Shown: piece by piece, positions 23,072 to 37,126 of the stretch
How the letters are laid out: each line of letters starts with the position of its first letter
Position numbering within the stretch: position 1 is the stretch's first letter
The notes under the pieces: generated by a model
Told to the model about the DNA's origin: nothing
Seen by the model: only the letters and a program-made list of their open reading frames with translations
The model's database searches: none
Source of the DNA: Batkoa obscura
Taxonomy: Eukaryota
DNA length: 47,347 bases
Direction of reading: 5' to 3'
Assembly (NCBI GenBank): GCA_030770535.1
Contig: JASVEC010000120.1
Coordinates: 1 to 47,347, forward strand
Made by a program: the position numbers and the translations under genes

Positions 23072-26000
23072 ATGGTGAAAGGAAATAAAACTAACTTCAA
23101 GAAGGATGGTAATAATAAAAAGTCAACTGGCAATGTAGCTAGCCATAAAAAGTACGGGACAATACCAAAGGGATCATTATCCAAGACAAGTGAAAACAGT
23201 ACCCACATTAAATTTTCCAATGATAATGAATCAAAGGTCAAAAAGGAAGCCAAAGATAAAGGAAAGACTGTGAATGAGAATTCTAAAATTGAGACTAAAA
23301 ACAACAAAAACAAGAACAAGAAAATCGAGGAAGATAAAAAGAAGAATCTATTTAGCAATGTAAAGCCAAAAAATATTTCTGAAAAGGATACCAAGGCTAA
23401 GAGCAGGAAACCTAAAGAGTCTGAAGAAGAAGCTATACTTTTACAAGAAATAACTTCTTTGGGAGGAACTAAGGAAGATTTTGAATGGTTGAATGATGTT
23501 GATACAGAAGATGAAGAGATAGAAGAAAAAGCCCGTAAAGAAGAAAAGGCTGATGTAGTATATTTTATTATCATTTATGAGCTTAAATCTAACTTATTTA
23601 GGATTTAAAATTGAAAGATCAGCTCTCTAAATTCATAAAAGGCTTAGGAATCTCGAAAATTAGAATAGAAGACGAGGACGAGGAGGATGAAAACGGGCTA
23701 TCTAAAATTGATATTGAAAGTAAATGGGAAGATATTATTGAAGGCGATGAAAGTGAAGACGAAGAGTTGAAGGAAGCTGAGAGTGAGGAAGAAGATACCG
23801 AAGAAGTTGAGGATGTAGAAGAAGAGAAAGAAGAACCGAAAGATCTAAACATAGAGCTCGGCGAAGCTGAAATAAATGAATATGACGAGTTTAATACTGA
23901 AACACGATTGGAAAACCAAGAGCAAGAGCGTACCTTTGCTACTAAGAAATTAAAGATGGATCAAAGATTGAAGAAGCCTCTAAAGAAAAAGGTAGCTCTT
24001 TTATGCTTTATGTCAATAATATTAATCAAGATAGGTACTCGATGAAACGTCATTATGGTATGAAATACCTTTAGAAGATTTAAAGGAAGGATCGAATTTT
24101 GATAGAGATTTTGCTAATGAGCTTTTAGAGACAGCCAAAGATTTAATTCAGCAAGAGAACGAGTTGAGTGAAAATGGGAATAAAAGTCAATCTGATCAAC
24201 AATTCATGGCAGATATAATGCAATCTGGTACATTATCTGATAAGATCTCTGCCCTTACTTTACAAATTCAAGAATCTCCTTTACATCACTTGAAAGAATT
24301 TTCAAAACTGCTAATGATGATGCGTCGTAATAATCGTAGAGAATCAATGTTATGTTTGAACAGTTTAAAAGATTTATGCTTATCATGTTTATTGCCTTCA
24401 GATAGAAAATTGAAATACTTTTTTGATCAGCCTTTATCTTCTCCAAATGTAACCCAAAAGCATTTAATCATCTGGTATTTTGAAGACTACTTAAAGAAAG
24501 CATATTTTGATTTCTTGTTGATTTCTGAGGTAAGTTTAGTTAATGATTTATTGCGTATTATTAATCACTTTTATAGCAAAGAGGTCATGACCCACTTTTA
24601 CACTCTAAGCAATCGATGCTCAATTACTTTTATGAGTTGTTATCGCAGAAACCAGAGCAAGAGAGTAATCTCTTAACTCTTATTGTCAACAAATTGGTAA
24701 CTATTTCTCAAAATTTTTAACTTTAATCTAAATAAAATCTAGGGTGATAAAGAAAACAAAATTGCTTCTAAAGCTTCATATTTGCTTCTCCAAGTTTTAG
24801 AGAACCATCCAGGAATGAAACAAATTGTTGCAACAGAAATCGAGAATATATTATTCAGATCTAATATATCATTACGAGCTCAATACTACTCTGTTATCAC
24901 ATTGAACCAGTTTTCATTATCTAGAGATGATGCTGAATTATCCAACTCTCTTATGGAAACATACTTTACATTGTTTAAAAAGATACTAGCAATTAAAGAA
25001 GAAAGACCTAACAAGAAGAAAACTAAAAAGGATCGCAAAAAAGATAAAAATAGTAACAACAAGGGCAAATTACAAATAAAAGAGTCTACAGCATCATCAG
25101 AAGATTCTGAAAAAATAGGACTCATTGCTGGTATTCTTACTGGTGTAAATCGCGCTTTTCCTTTTTCTAAAATCGATCCTGTCTCTTTAAAAGAACATAT
25201 TAATACTATTTTTTATATTGCTAAATCCTTTAACTTTAATGCTGCAATTCAAGCCTTGAACTTTTTGAATCAAATATCCACTCAACAGCCAATTTATAGA
25301 GATAGATATATGAAAGCACTCTATGAAACTTTATTTGACCATCGTTTGATCTACTCCTCTAAGCAAGCGATGTACCTCAATCTTTTATACAAGTCTCTTA
25401 AACAAGATACATCCATAGCCAGAGTGATGAGTTTTGTAAAACGCATGTTTCAAGTTAGTATGTGGCATCAACCACCTTTTGTTAATGGACTTATTTATCT
25501 TACTTATAAATTATCTTCTATTCATAAGGTAGTTAATGCTTCTATAGAGCAGGCTGAGGATACATTTGAACATAACCAAAGCTCAGAACCAAAAGAAGAT
25601 ACTAAAGATATCAAAGATGAAGTGAGAGATTTAGGTGAATCAAATGAGGAGACCAAAGGCAAAGTAGAAGCTACAGTACCTGAAGTCAAAGAAGGAAATA
25701 AAACTATTAATAGTGCTTTGTATCAAGGAAGATACGATGATCCTAAAAAATCATATGCTGAATATACTTGTTTATGGGAACTTGGGTTATTAATGAATCA
25801 TTTCCACCCTTCAGTAAATCACCATATTAACCAATTATTAAAACTTGAAGAGATAAAAGAACAGCCATTATTACACCTCCATACACTTCAGCACTTTTTA
25901 GATATTTTTGCTTACCGAAACCCAAAAAAAGTATCTGAAGAAAATAGTTATAATTCATTCATGAAAGGAAGCGCATTCAAAGCAGTAAATGGAGTCATAT

Positions 26001-26785
26001 GGGATAAGCAAAGTGGTATTTCTAGTGCTGAAGTAGTTAATTCAGAAGAATTTTGGAAAAAATCGGATTCAGAAGTACAAGCTGAGCATCAGTTTTTCCA
26101 TAAATATTTTAAACTTACAAAATCTAATAATGCCGAGAAAAAGAAAGCAAAGGATAAAGAAATGAGTGATTCAGAAGATGAAGATGAAATTTGGAAAGCA
26201 ATGAAAGGAAGTACCAATATAGATGAGATGGAAGACGATGCTGATATGGATGAGGATGTAGATCTTGGAGATATGGACTTTTCTGAAGATGGTATGGATG
26301 ATGAAGATGAAGATGAAGATGAAGATATTCAAGATTTCATCGAAAATGGCGAAGCTTTAAATTCTCATGATGATGATGATGATAATGATAATGAATTAGC
26401 TAACACGAAAGATGCTATAAGTTTCGATGATATTTTACTAAACGGTGATGATGACAGTGATGATAATGTCAGTGATCCACAGGATAGTGGTGAGGATAGT
26501 GAAAGTGGCGATATAGATTTTGATATGGGAGAATCAAGCGAAGAAGAATTAGGAGAAGGTAATTATAATCAGTTTTGTTACTTTTATTTTTAACTTTTAT
26601 TTTTAGAAACTATAACTAATAAAAAGAAGTCTAAAGAAACTAACAAACGTAAACTGAATGAACCAACTAAAGTTGGTCCAAATAATGAAAGAAATGTCAA
26701 GAAAAGAGAACAAAGAAAGAAATTAAAATCTCTACCAATGTTTGCTTCAGCTGAAGATTATGATCATCTTTTAGAAGAAGAATAA
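23072..26785 (+). CDS. MAK21: 60S biogenesis factor Mak21/Noc1 (CBF/CEBPZ family)
   Basis: SGTLSDKISALTL, KPEQE, ILTGVNRAFPF, HFHPSV, C-terminal LPMFASAEDY; five GT-AG introns (approx. 23555/8-23601, 23992-24034, 24530-24576, 24697-24742, 26559-26606). Confidence 0.93.
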
Positions 26786-27084
26786 GCCTGATGTAATTTT
26801 CTCATTCCGTTTTTGTTTATTAAGATTTTTAATGATTATTTTAAAAGCAGTTAAGCGCTTTTAACTTATGTGAAGATTAAATAAAAAAATATAGATATAA
26901 ATATGAAACTACTTTTTAATATAATTTATTATATAGTATAAATAAACAGATTGTTTATTTAAAAAGCAGAACAAATGAAGTATTATAACAGTTTAAGATT
27001 GTAAAGAAATATACTTAGATATCTAAAATAAACACCAATATTACATCAAGCAATAAGTTATATATGTATATTTCTTAAATGAAA

Positions 27085-27693
27085 TTAATAGAAACACATG
27101 TTTTTGTTAATCTCGTCGATATTATTGTCTTTCATTGCAAACATATTAGCTTGCTTTAGGTTCCAATTTTCAATTCTTAATCTTTCAAGCTCACTTAACA
27201 TTAACAATTGATTTCCTTTAAGGCCGTTAAGGTAATGGACGGCTTTCTTCAAAATCAATGCTTTGGATGGGGTTTTACCATTCCTATTCAAGTTGGGTAA
27301 TAAACTATTTAAAGTTTGAAACCCATCTCTTATTTGAGCTCTTCTTTTCTGTTCACTTTGGATATGAAAACGTCTTTTTTGTTCAAGTAAGTCTTCTTCT
27401 TTGTCTTCCATTTTTTCACCATCTTCAGGGATACTCTCGTTACTATCAACTAAACCAGTTAACTCTTTATTAATATTTTGGTTTTCTTTGCTTTTGTAGT
27501 CTTCTAAATTGAAGTTATGGAAAGTAGTAGTATCTAAATCTGGCATTAGCATGGACTGTCCATTAACATCATATCCCATATTTAAGTTCAAGTTCATTCC
27601 CATTACTGGAAAATCAAGATTAGGGTCTACTATTTCGTTTGTGTTAAACAATAAATTGAAATTTTGAGTATTACTCTCAGTATCAAACTTCAT
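27085..27693 (-). CDS. bHLH-leucine zipper transcription factor (Max/Mlx-like)
   Basis: HIQSEQKRRAQIRDGF...LP...SKALILKKA followed by a heptad zipper. Confidence 0.9.
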   Translation of the reverse strand: MKFDTESNTQNFNLLFNTNEIVDPNLDFPVMGMNLNLNMGYDVNGQSMLMPDLDTTTFHNFNLEDYKSKENQNINKELTGLVDSNESIPEDGEKMEDKEEDLLEQKRRFHIQSEQKRRAQIRDGFQTLNSLLPNLNRNGKTPSKALILKKAVHYLNGLKGNQLLMLSELERLRIENWNLKQANMFAMKDNNIDEINKNMCFY

Positions 27694-28997
27694 CTTTTAA
27701 ATTCAATATTAGTTGTCTTTTTCAAAAAGAGAATAAATTATTTTTATAACTATTATTAAGTACTATTAATGGTAATATTGAATTCAATTAATTTAATTTA
27801 AAAGTAGGCCAATTAAAGGATATTTATACTAAATGTCCCAATACAATAAAAGTAAATTATTACTAATTCCTTCCTAAATAGGACAACATAAAAAATCCCC
27901 CCAATATAAACACCATGTTCTAACCGACAACATTTGAAATTAACCCCCAGCTAAAAGTACACCTTTTGGATAGATTTTAATATAATTATGGAGATGCGAA
28001 AGATAATTTTCCATTTTGAAGAATTAGTTGACTTTAGTTGGGGTAATTTTGTTGTGGTGTAACACAGCAGATGATTGGGCCTTTTGAGTGAGCTTTTTAA
28101 AATTATGCATAGTAATGAAAAAAGTTATGTTTGATTTTATAGAAAAAATTAATGATTTATTGTAAAAATACTAGTATCTATACTAATTTTCTAATTATAT
28201 TTCAAAATAATAATAATGTTGAAATGAAACTAATCAAATTTAAAATCAGGGGTTTATGTTAAAAACAACAGATGATATAATACCTAAGTTATTTACTGTT
28301 ATTGTACTGTGAAACCAAGCTAATATTACTTTTTTTTAAATTTCAAATTTTTTAGTGTTGTTGGGTCAACCTTTTAAAACTGTTTTATCTTCTTCCAAAT
28401 TTTAAAATTTTTAGACTACAATGCGTCAATTAAAACTTTATCCCATTATCCATAATCACATTTATATGATATAGAACACTTAGAACTAATATCCTTACTT
28501 TAAATATTTTCCTGAAAGAAAATAACTTTAATATTACATTTAATAATAATGTTAGTTTAGGCAATTTTCGATATCATAAATAATACTTTATAATTATGGC
28601 TCAGGTGTAGTAATAGCTTTTGTTTTTATTGATGTCTGTGTCATATGTTTTAACATTGTAATTTATAGTATAATTACATTAACAATAAGTATTAGTATAT
28701 TGGCTTGAAAATGGACGTTTGTAAAAAAAATATCTATAGTAATTTTGACAATTGTACCATTTATGTAACCACATATTATTTATAAATATAAATTAAAATA
28801 ATTCTTAAAATCTATTATATATTTAAAACAAAATGACTTGGTTAAAGTAAAAATATTAAGTGTTTAAAAGGGATCTATTTGGTTAAATGAAAGGGCCCCA
28901 AGTATAAAATATATGGGCGAAACAGAGCAAATGTAATAGAGACTTAGCTTAAGCTAGTTAATGACTAGTATAAATACTGTATCAAAATCAATTCCGA

Positions 28998-30663
28998 TTA
29001 ATCTTTTGACTTCTTTTTCTTTTTCTTGCTATCTTTCTCTTTTGTTTCACCATTTTCTTCTACTTTGACCTTCTTTTCTTTCTTTTCTTTCTTTTCCTTT
29101 TTCTCTTTCTTTTCTTTCTTTTCCTTCTTCTCCTCTTTCTTCTCTTCAACTTTATTGTCTGAAGACTCTTCTTCATTTTCTACTTCATCGAATACACGTT
29201 TCTTTTCAGCTTTTCCTATAGTAGAATCAACTGCGGTGTTATAAGACGTAGTTCTAATGAATCAAATATTAATATCGATACTATTATAAATAAGTAAAAA
29301 CTCACGGTCTAGCTTCGAATTTCTTTGGACCTTTATGTAAAGGAGCTCCAGCAGGACGAGGTTTACCTTCTAATACACGAATTCTATCTTCTAAAGCGTC
29401 ACGCTGAGAAACACCTAAAGCACCATTATCACCTTCTCCTAAGGCATCAACACGGATCGAAATAGCAGCTTTATTGGCTAACATACGGGAAGCTTTACCC
29501 TTTATCTTTGGTGTAGCTTGTCCAACCAATGATGCATGGTATAACAAACCGTATTTAGGAGTATCGTGCTTGGTTTTAAGAGCACGGAAAAGAGCTTTTT
29601 CGGCACCAAGGATTTGGATAGTTGAAGCTGGGTATTTGGCGAGGGTCATTAAGGAACCAGCATGAGCAATTAAACGTGCACCAACAAGCTCACCAAGTAA
29701 AGCAGTTAGATTTGGAGCAATTGTGCCCATGCGTTGTTTGAGGTATTCGTATAACTCAGAACGATAGGCAGTGAGGGAAATAATTTGGTCACATAAATAT
29801 TCTATATTATCTATATCTTCCTTTGAAATTTCAGTGCCCATTGATATTTCAGCAGCTTCTTTTAATTCAGCTTCGAGTTCTTCTGGCAATACAGACGATA
29901 GATCAGTGGTAGAGAAGTTAGTACGGAAGCCAACAGTCTTAACAACTTTAGCGAAAGCCAAGTTATCTACAATAATCTTAGCCATTTCTGGGAAATGCCA
30001 TCCGTACCATTCTTTACAACGCATAGCATATGTGTTAAGATCTTTATCTAAATCATCAAGAAGAGCTATGGCTTGTACAATCATGGTATCAACCTTATCA
30101 GGACTGAACTTAAGCTTATAACGGGAAAGAGAGTGAGAAAGACCAAGTTGCATGGAAGAAAGATCAGAGGAAGATAATCCAGTTAATAAACTTTCCATTT
30201 GACTACGAATACCTCTGTAAAGTTCGTTGACACTGGAGTCCGAAATTACATTATATCCTAAGGTTTTAGCAATAGCACCACCTATATATTTTATTAAAAA
30301 ATAGTTGAGAAAAAATTATAAAAAATACCTAATTTTGGATCTACAACTGCCAAAGAGTCTTTTTTGCTCTTAATTTCAGCTTCGAGGAACTTTTTCAAAG
30401 AATCAGATACTTTTCCTTCTACAAGAGCTGTAACGCCAGCAAGAGCTTCAACAGTGTTTTCGAATTTTGAGAAACCTTGAAGTTTGACCCTAGAATATAT
30501 TATATGAGCTAGATTTTAAAATGATGGAATAAAATTACATTTTTGAGGCCTTTTCTGGAGTAGAAAATGACTCGAAAAGATCTTTAGAACCATCAGTTAC
30601 TTTTGATTCATCTTTAACTTTAAAGATAGCATATCCGGCAGCGGTTTCAAAAAGTGCTAACAT
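28998..30663 (-). CDS. NOP58: Box C/D snoRNP protein Nop58
   Basis: [52 protein letters not shown]-repeat tail; three introns. Confidence 0.96.
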
Positions 30664-31370
30664 TTTTATAATACCCTATTAGTTTTAACTTTAGTATAAG
30701 GTATTAGGCAACAAGATATAGTATGATTGTTATGATTATAATAAATAAGTTCTTAGTATTATTTAGTTGATTTTATTACCTTTGATTATAAAAGTAAACC
30801 AAATTATTATTGTTTTTTTGGTCTATTACTTTCGAGAAGAAGGATTATAACTTCCTATGGGATTTAACCAATTCCAATCACTAAAATTTTAATTTTTGTC
30901 AATTCTTAAAGTAATTTATATTTGTTTTGATAAAATATATTAGTGATATTGTTGTTTATTATTATATATGAAATTTTCGTTTTGACTAAAGAAAAACATA
31001 TAAATATAAGGATATTTAAAAAATGTTTAAATGTACTCAAAGATAAAACTTAGTTCATTAGGCAAACCCTAATATAACATTTTAAAAGACTATTTTTATA
31101 TGCAAAAAAAAAATGTAACCTATTTTTTAGTTTTGTTATATTGATTTGGTTAAAGGTAATAACAGAAGCAACACAAATAAATCTATAAAAGATTTCTAGA
31201 GAGATTTATAAAATTCTTAAACAAAAAAGCACATCTCTAAATGTCTTTAAAATAAGTCAAAGTTAAAATAGCTGTAACTGTTTTAATATAAATATTCATT
31301 TGTTTATTTTTTATTTATTTTTTAATAACAATAATATAATTTATGTTTTACTAAATAATTTTTTTTATAT

Positions 31371-31469
31371 GAGGATGTGTTTTTTTGTTTAAGGATTTTA
31401 TTAGCAACTTTTCCACTTAAATAGCGCTTTAAAAATGGAAAAAGTGGTGAAACCAAAAAGAACGTCCCC
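31371..31469. mobile_element. MITE
   Basis: GAGGATG...GTCCCC, ATAT flanks. Confidence 0.85.
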
Positions 31470-31541
31470 ATATATCGATTGTAAGTAGTAGTGTTTACAA
31501 AAAAATCCCAACTTTTAGCTTTTTGTATAATTCCTTACTTA

Positions 31542-31986
31542 TGTGAAATATTGCTTTATTAGTTCTCGGATTAATGATAACATAATAATTATCTAACTTG
31601 TTTATAATTCTAGTTGCAGTTTTATTTGCTGAGTGAATTTCTATTGCCTAACTAGAAAGAACTTATTAACCATGTTTTAATACCTATACTTGATTGAAGT
31701 ATAAAAGAGATCTTAGAACATAATAGCTCAAGGCTTTTTAACTGAATTAATCCCTGATATCTCGAACATTTAATAAAGCCACTAAGTTTTCTTAATATTT
31801 ATTTTATATAGACTTTATAGTAGTATTGTCTATTCTACCTATTTTATATAGTCCATAGCTTATTATGTGCTATGCTTCATGATTTGAGTCTATCTTAGCT
31901 ACATAACCTAAGACCTTTTGACTTATAGTGTAGTCAACCCAGCAATAGCTGTTCTTGACTCCAAACCCTGAGTACCAGATTTCACA
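31542..31986 (+). mobile_element. Solo LTR (445 bp)
   Basis: TGTGAAAT...ATTTCACA, TSD CTTA. Confidence 0.88.
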
Positions 31987-32162
31987 CTTATTACATTCTA
32001 TTTTTATTTTGTACAAAATTTAATATTTAAAAACTATAAAAGTTTTTAGTTGACTATTCTAATAAATTAAAAAAACAATTTCAATAATTAAAATAATATG
32101 TAATAATTAAATAAACATATAAACCGAGTAAGAAAACTATTTATATTATTAATAAACTATAT

Positions 32163-32541
32163 GGGAACGTTTTTTTTGACTTTATTTTTTCCATTTCTTA
32201 AACACTATTTGAGTGGAAAAATTGTTAGTGAAATTCTTAAAAACAAAAATACATCCCCATATAAAGATTATTTTAAAAGATTTAACTAAGAATTGAGGGT
32301 ATTTTTTGGTTTCATTACTTTTTCCATTTTTTAAGCGCTATTTAAGTGGAAAAGTTGCTAGTAAAATTTTTAAACAAAAAAACACATCCTCATATCTTAG
32401 TTTATATAGCTAAAATAAATTTAAATATAAAAAATAGTATATGGGAGTGTTTTTTTGATTTCATTATTTTTTTCCATTTTTTAAGCGCTATTTGAGCGGA
32501 AAATTTGTTGGTAAAATTCTTAAACACAAAAATACATCCCC
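32163..32541. mobile_element. Cluster of three same-orientation MITEs (32163-32258, 32295-32391, 32443-32541)
   Basis: Each has complete termini; flanks ATAT/ATAT, AATT/ATAT, ATAT/ATAT. Confidence 0.88.
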
Positions 32542-33273
32542 ATATAATAAGCTATAAACTATATAAAATAAATAAAATAAAAAATATAGCTATATAATTT
32601 ATGCAAAATATTTATAAAAAAAACTTAATAACTTTATTAAAAAATGATATCAGAGAATAATCTAAAAATAAAGGCTCTATATCTGGAATATTATATACAA
32701 AAAATATAATAATAACTATAACTTTTTATTATAACTATTAAATATGAAAAACTACATTTTATAGTTAAAAGGTAATTTTTTTATATTAAGTCTAAATAGA
32801 CTTTAAATTATAAATGAATTTTAAAATAGACTAAATTTTAATAGCAAGATTATTTAAAAATAACTAAATTAATTTAACTAAAAAAATATAATTACTTTTA
32901 TAAGCAATTTAAATAGACTATAGTTTAATTTAATTTATTATAAAGCCTATAATTTTACTTTATAATTCATACTATAAAATGTATATATTTTATATTAATA
33001 TTTTTAAAATAATGTGATTTAATAGAAGTAAAAGTAAAAATAGTTGTAAAACTCACAAAAATAATTTAAAAAAGCTATATTAATAGCATTGTAAAGAAGC
33101 AATATTATTAACTTTCAATAGAAGATAGAAAAAGTGAAGTCAAAAAAACATTCTCATGTATAATAAGTCTTAATGAATAATAATTTTAAGCTGTTACTTT
33201 TATTAATGCTTTAAAATCAAAAATGGCTTTTAAATAACACAATAAGGCTTTTAAAATAATATCAAATATAAAT

Positions 33274-33534
33274 GGGAGTGTTTTTTTTGACTTCATTATT
33301 TTTTCCATTTTTAAGCGCTATTTATGTGGAAAAATTGTCAGTAAAGTTCTTAAACACAAAAATACATCCCCAAATATTAGTTTGGAATAATTGAATAGAT
33401 AAAGGGTACTTTTGAATATAAACGTTTGACTTCCATATGAGGATGTATTTTTGTGTTTAAGAACTTTACTGACAATTTTTCCACATAAATAGCGCTTAAA
33501 AATGGAAAAATAATGGAACTAAAAAAACAGCCCC
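33274..33534. mobile_element. Inverted MITE pair (33274-33371, TSD AAAT; 33439-33534, TSD ATAT)
   Basis: Reverse-complementary copies separated by 67 bp. Confidence 0.9.
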
Positions 33535-35791
33535 ATATATTACTTTTAATGGCAATATGGTTTCATAAAAATAGCAAAAAAATTAGGATGTTATTGTAAA
33601 TATATAACTAATATATATTACAAGATAATCATATATATAATTGCAGTTATATCGGATAAAAACATAAAATTTTAATTACACCATCATAATAAATTACAAA
33701 GATGGGTTTCAAAAATGAATTTTTAAATAAGTTTAATTAGTAATTTGTATAAATTTATATAAATTTGAATAAACATTTTCTAATATAGTTAAAATGGAGT
33801 GATATATTATTTTATATTACTCTTCTGATTTAATTAAAACCTATAGTTTTTAAATTTGTGACCCTACAGTGTAAACATAGTTATATATATTTATTTTTAC
33901 GAAATCACAAATGTATAAATGCAGTTTTCATATAAATCAGAAAGGTAATTATATAAAATATTTTTTTAAGACTTCTAACAATTTTTTTACTTAATGGCAC
34001 TTAAAAATAATAAAACCAGGAAATTACTGTCATGTTTTATAAAACTTGCTTTTGTTAGAAAATCTTAGCAATAAAAACCAGATTAAAGTATAAAAAAATT
34101 ATTTATTTTATTTAAATGTATCTGGTAATATAAATTAATTCATTTTGTATGGGAAATTCTAAAGCTCAACATAACTAAATTTAATAGGATTCAGATTTAT
34201 TAATAGACGATGAGAGTGACTTCATATTAATTAAATGTATTATTTAGAGTTTTTCTAATGGCAATGTGATTTAATAAACATGTTGAGCCAAACTTAATTC
34301 GCAGTTTTATACATTCACTCCTTTAATATAGGTTATTTTTTATTATTTTATTATACTGAGCGGTTAAATGAATGTTAACTTATGCTCATAGTAATAAAGA
34401 ATTTTCTTTATTATTGTATATAAATTAATTTTTGTGTGATGATTAAACAGGTCCATTTAGATAAGCTGTCATTTTCATTAGTAAATTTACCGCACTATCT
34501 CATTGTAGTATATTACTTACTTCTAATTATATCTGTTTCATTATAGAAGTAAAAAGGAGTTGAGTAACGCTAATCCAACATTCAATAGAATTAATAAATT
34601 ACATAAGAATCATACTGTCAAAAACTTGAATGAGTTGTTTGTTCCCTAGTTTAGGCCTCAAAGTTGATATTAATAAATTATCTTATTTAAATCTCCTTAT
34701 GATTTCATCTTCATTCTTTACTACACTATAGTTATTATAGCTCTATTATGACTTAGTTAACTGTTGATTCAGGAAAGGAGCTTTTGTTAAAAGTTGGCTA
34801 AAATACAGGGATTGGATTTGAAAAAATAGAATATATAAATAATTTAATTATAAAAACCTCCAATAAAAAAGTCGCAAAAGAGCTGCAACAGCCGTAAATA
34901 AAAAAATGTTATATCATGCTTATTTTCTTATCTTAATGAAATCTGGTTGCATAGTTTGGAAGCACCAATCCCAATAAATTGATGGTTAATCAAGGCATTA
35001 CTGACTGAGAAAAGGAAATCTTGGACTAAAAAAACTTGGGAGTGACGGAAAGATAGGAGCTATACATCATTAATTGTCAAATCAATTAAGAAAATCAAGA
35101 GATGTCATTTGCTTATTTGAATCTTACTTCAGCAATCGACAAGAGTTGAGGTTTACATACAACCAATTATAGATAGGTATGCATCTATCGAGCCAATAAT
35201 TTATTACTCCTTGAATGATCTAGTAAAATCAAGATGTAATGGAATAAGGATAAATTCTTATTATAGAAACTTAACCATCAAATATAACTGCAACTATTTA
35301 ATAAACATTCATCCGCTTTAAGCCCAGAATAAAAGTAATCAATTAAATGTCAATTGAAAACGTTTTCGTCCAATCAATTAAGGATTTTAAATAAAGCTTA
35401 AACTGATATCCACTTAGGAGAACTTTAGTATTTAATGGCCTCATTTTTACTAAAATCCCAAAAAATTTTCAAAAAATTAATATCTTTCAGAGTTAAGAAT
35501 TTTCAAAAACCAACCTCTCTTTATAAGTTTGATTATAAAGTACTAGTAATATTTACTTGTGCTTGTACATTTTTTGTTTTATTAAAGTTTATATTATATT
35601 TTATATTACATTTTGATCTTTTCAAAATGTTTTTACAATAGAATATAGGCGTTGTTTGTTTTGTTGAGTCCAATCTTAATTATTTACTTTGGTCTTGATA
35701 TTCCTCTCTATATAATTGTTTCAGTTTAAAGTTAATTTGAAATCTATTAACACCTTCTATCTTATATTATTATTACATATCTCTAATAAAA

Positions 35792-37126
35792 ATGGTCACT
35801 TTTTCTTCCGATTATTGGGCCCCAGGTTTGGATGTAAATGTGCGTCGTCGCCAAAGCTCTAAAAAAGTCAAAGATGTAGCTCCACTTGAAACCACAGTGG
35901 TAGATAAAGCCTTGTTAGCTCCTCCATCTACAAGCAATGCATCCAATTCTCTCTTCTCTTCTGCTTTTCATGATGATTCTTCCTGCTCTGACCTTTCAGA
36001 AAGAGATCATTCTACTTCTCCTAATCAATCTAAAGCTCACAAAAATTTATCCCGCATTAAAGACAAGAACTTGGAGAAATTATCTCACAACAGTGATTCT
36101 GATTTCTTTGGCAGTGTTAAACACGCTTGGAGCGGAATTGTTGGTTCAAAATCCAGCAAAAAATCTCCAACAAGTAGTAAAGATGGGCAATCCAAAGATG
36201 AATGTTTATCCTTGACATTAAAATACGGTAACTGCGAGAAGCGTTGTATTGGACGTGGAGCTACTGCGGTAGTACGTCTTGTTCATAAGACCGATGCTGA
36301 TAAACGTGACAATTACTATGCCATCAAAGGTTTTCGTAAACGTAGAAAAGATGAATCTGAAAAGGAATACATCAAAAAACTCACTTCTGAATTTTGTATT
36401 AGTTCTACTCTCCACCATCCAAATGTTGTTGAAACTGTAGATTTAATTAAAGATGAAGCTGGTGACTGGTGTCAGGTAATGGAGTATTGTCCTGGTGGTG
36501 ATTTATATTCAGTTATTCGTAACGGACAAATGTCTCGTCATGAAATTGATTGTTGCTTCAAACAATTAATCCTTGGGTTACAATATATTCATAGTATGGG
36601 TGTAGCTCATCGTGACATCAAACCCGAAAATTTGTTAATTGATTATCAAGGACGTATTAAGATTACTGACTTTGGTGTTTCTGATGTATTTAGGATGGTT
36701 TGGGAAACTACATGTCATCGTTCTGCTGGGTTATGTGGTTCAGAACCATACATCCCACCTGAAGCCTTTGTCGAGAAAGATTATGATGGCAGATCAATGG
36801 ATATATGGGCTACTGGTATTGTTTACTATGCTATGTCTTACAATGGTGTGCCATTCCGTACTGCTACAAAGAATGATAGTAATTATAAAGCTTTCCTTGA
36901 AACCAGATTGAATAACAAATACGAACCATTTAAAAGGTATTCACCTGGTTGCAGAGAATTAATGAAACACATTTTAGAGCCAGAACCAAGTAAGCGTATT
37001 ACAATAGATGAGATATTAAATAATGAATGGTTTCAATCTATTGAAGTATGTGAAAATTGCGAAACTTCTACCATGCATCATAATCATTTTTCTAGCAATT
37101 ATATACCCAGGAAGGCATATAATTAA
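35792..37126 (+). CDS. Fungal HAL/NPR-family Ser/Thr kinase (Hrk1/Sat4-like)
   Basis: IGRGATAVV, YIKKLTSEFCISSTLHHPNVVET, HRDIKPEN, DFG, GLCGSEPYIPPE. Confidence 0.93.
   Translation: MVTFSSDYWAPGLDVNVRRRQSSKKVKDVAPLETTVVDKALLAPPSTSNASNSLFSSAFHDDSSCSDLSERDHSTSPNQSKAHKNLSRIKDKNLEKLSHNSDSDFFGSVKHAWSGIVGSKSSKKSPTSSKDGQSKDECLSLTLKYGNCEKRCIGRGATAVVRLVHKTDADKRDNYYAIKGFRKRRKDESEKEYIKKLTSEFCISSTLHHPNVVETVDLIKDEAGDWCQVMEYCPGGDLYSVIRNGQMSRHEIDCCFKQLILGLQYIHSMGVAHRDIKPENLLIDYQGRIKITDFGVSDVFRMVWETTCHRSAGLCGSEPYIPPEAFVEKDYDGRSMDIWATGIVYYAMSYNGVPFRTATKNDSNYKAFLETRLNNKYEPFKRYSPGCRELMKHILEPEPSKRITIDEILNNEWFQSIEVCENCETSTMHHNHFSSNYIPRKAYN

Noticed and set aside
22963..23852. Antisense Ser/Phe-rich ORFs (also 24886-25125, 29026-29244, 29771-30121, 44758-45072)
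   Set aside because: Shadows of Lys/Glu-rich or conserved sense-strand coding sequence
28998..30663. Intronic snoRNA in NOP58
   Set aside because: Introns are only about 50 nt and show no paired C/D boxes
32163..32541. Three direct ~97-bp repeats with 36- and 51-bp unique spacers, superficially CRISPR-like
   Set aside because: The units are the dispersed MITE with their own flanking duplications, too long and variable for CRISPR repeats; the context is eukaryotic with no cas genes
32545..33270. Extremely AT-rich tract that may be decayed mobile-element coding sequence, with a MITE fragment near 33120-33155
   Set aside because: No motif or homology I could support by eye
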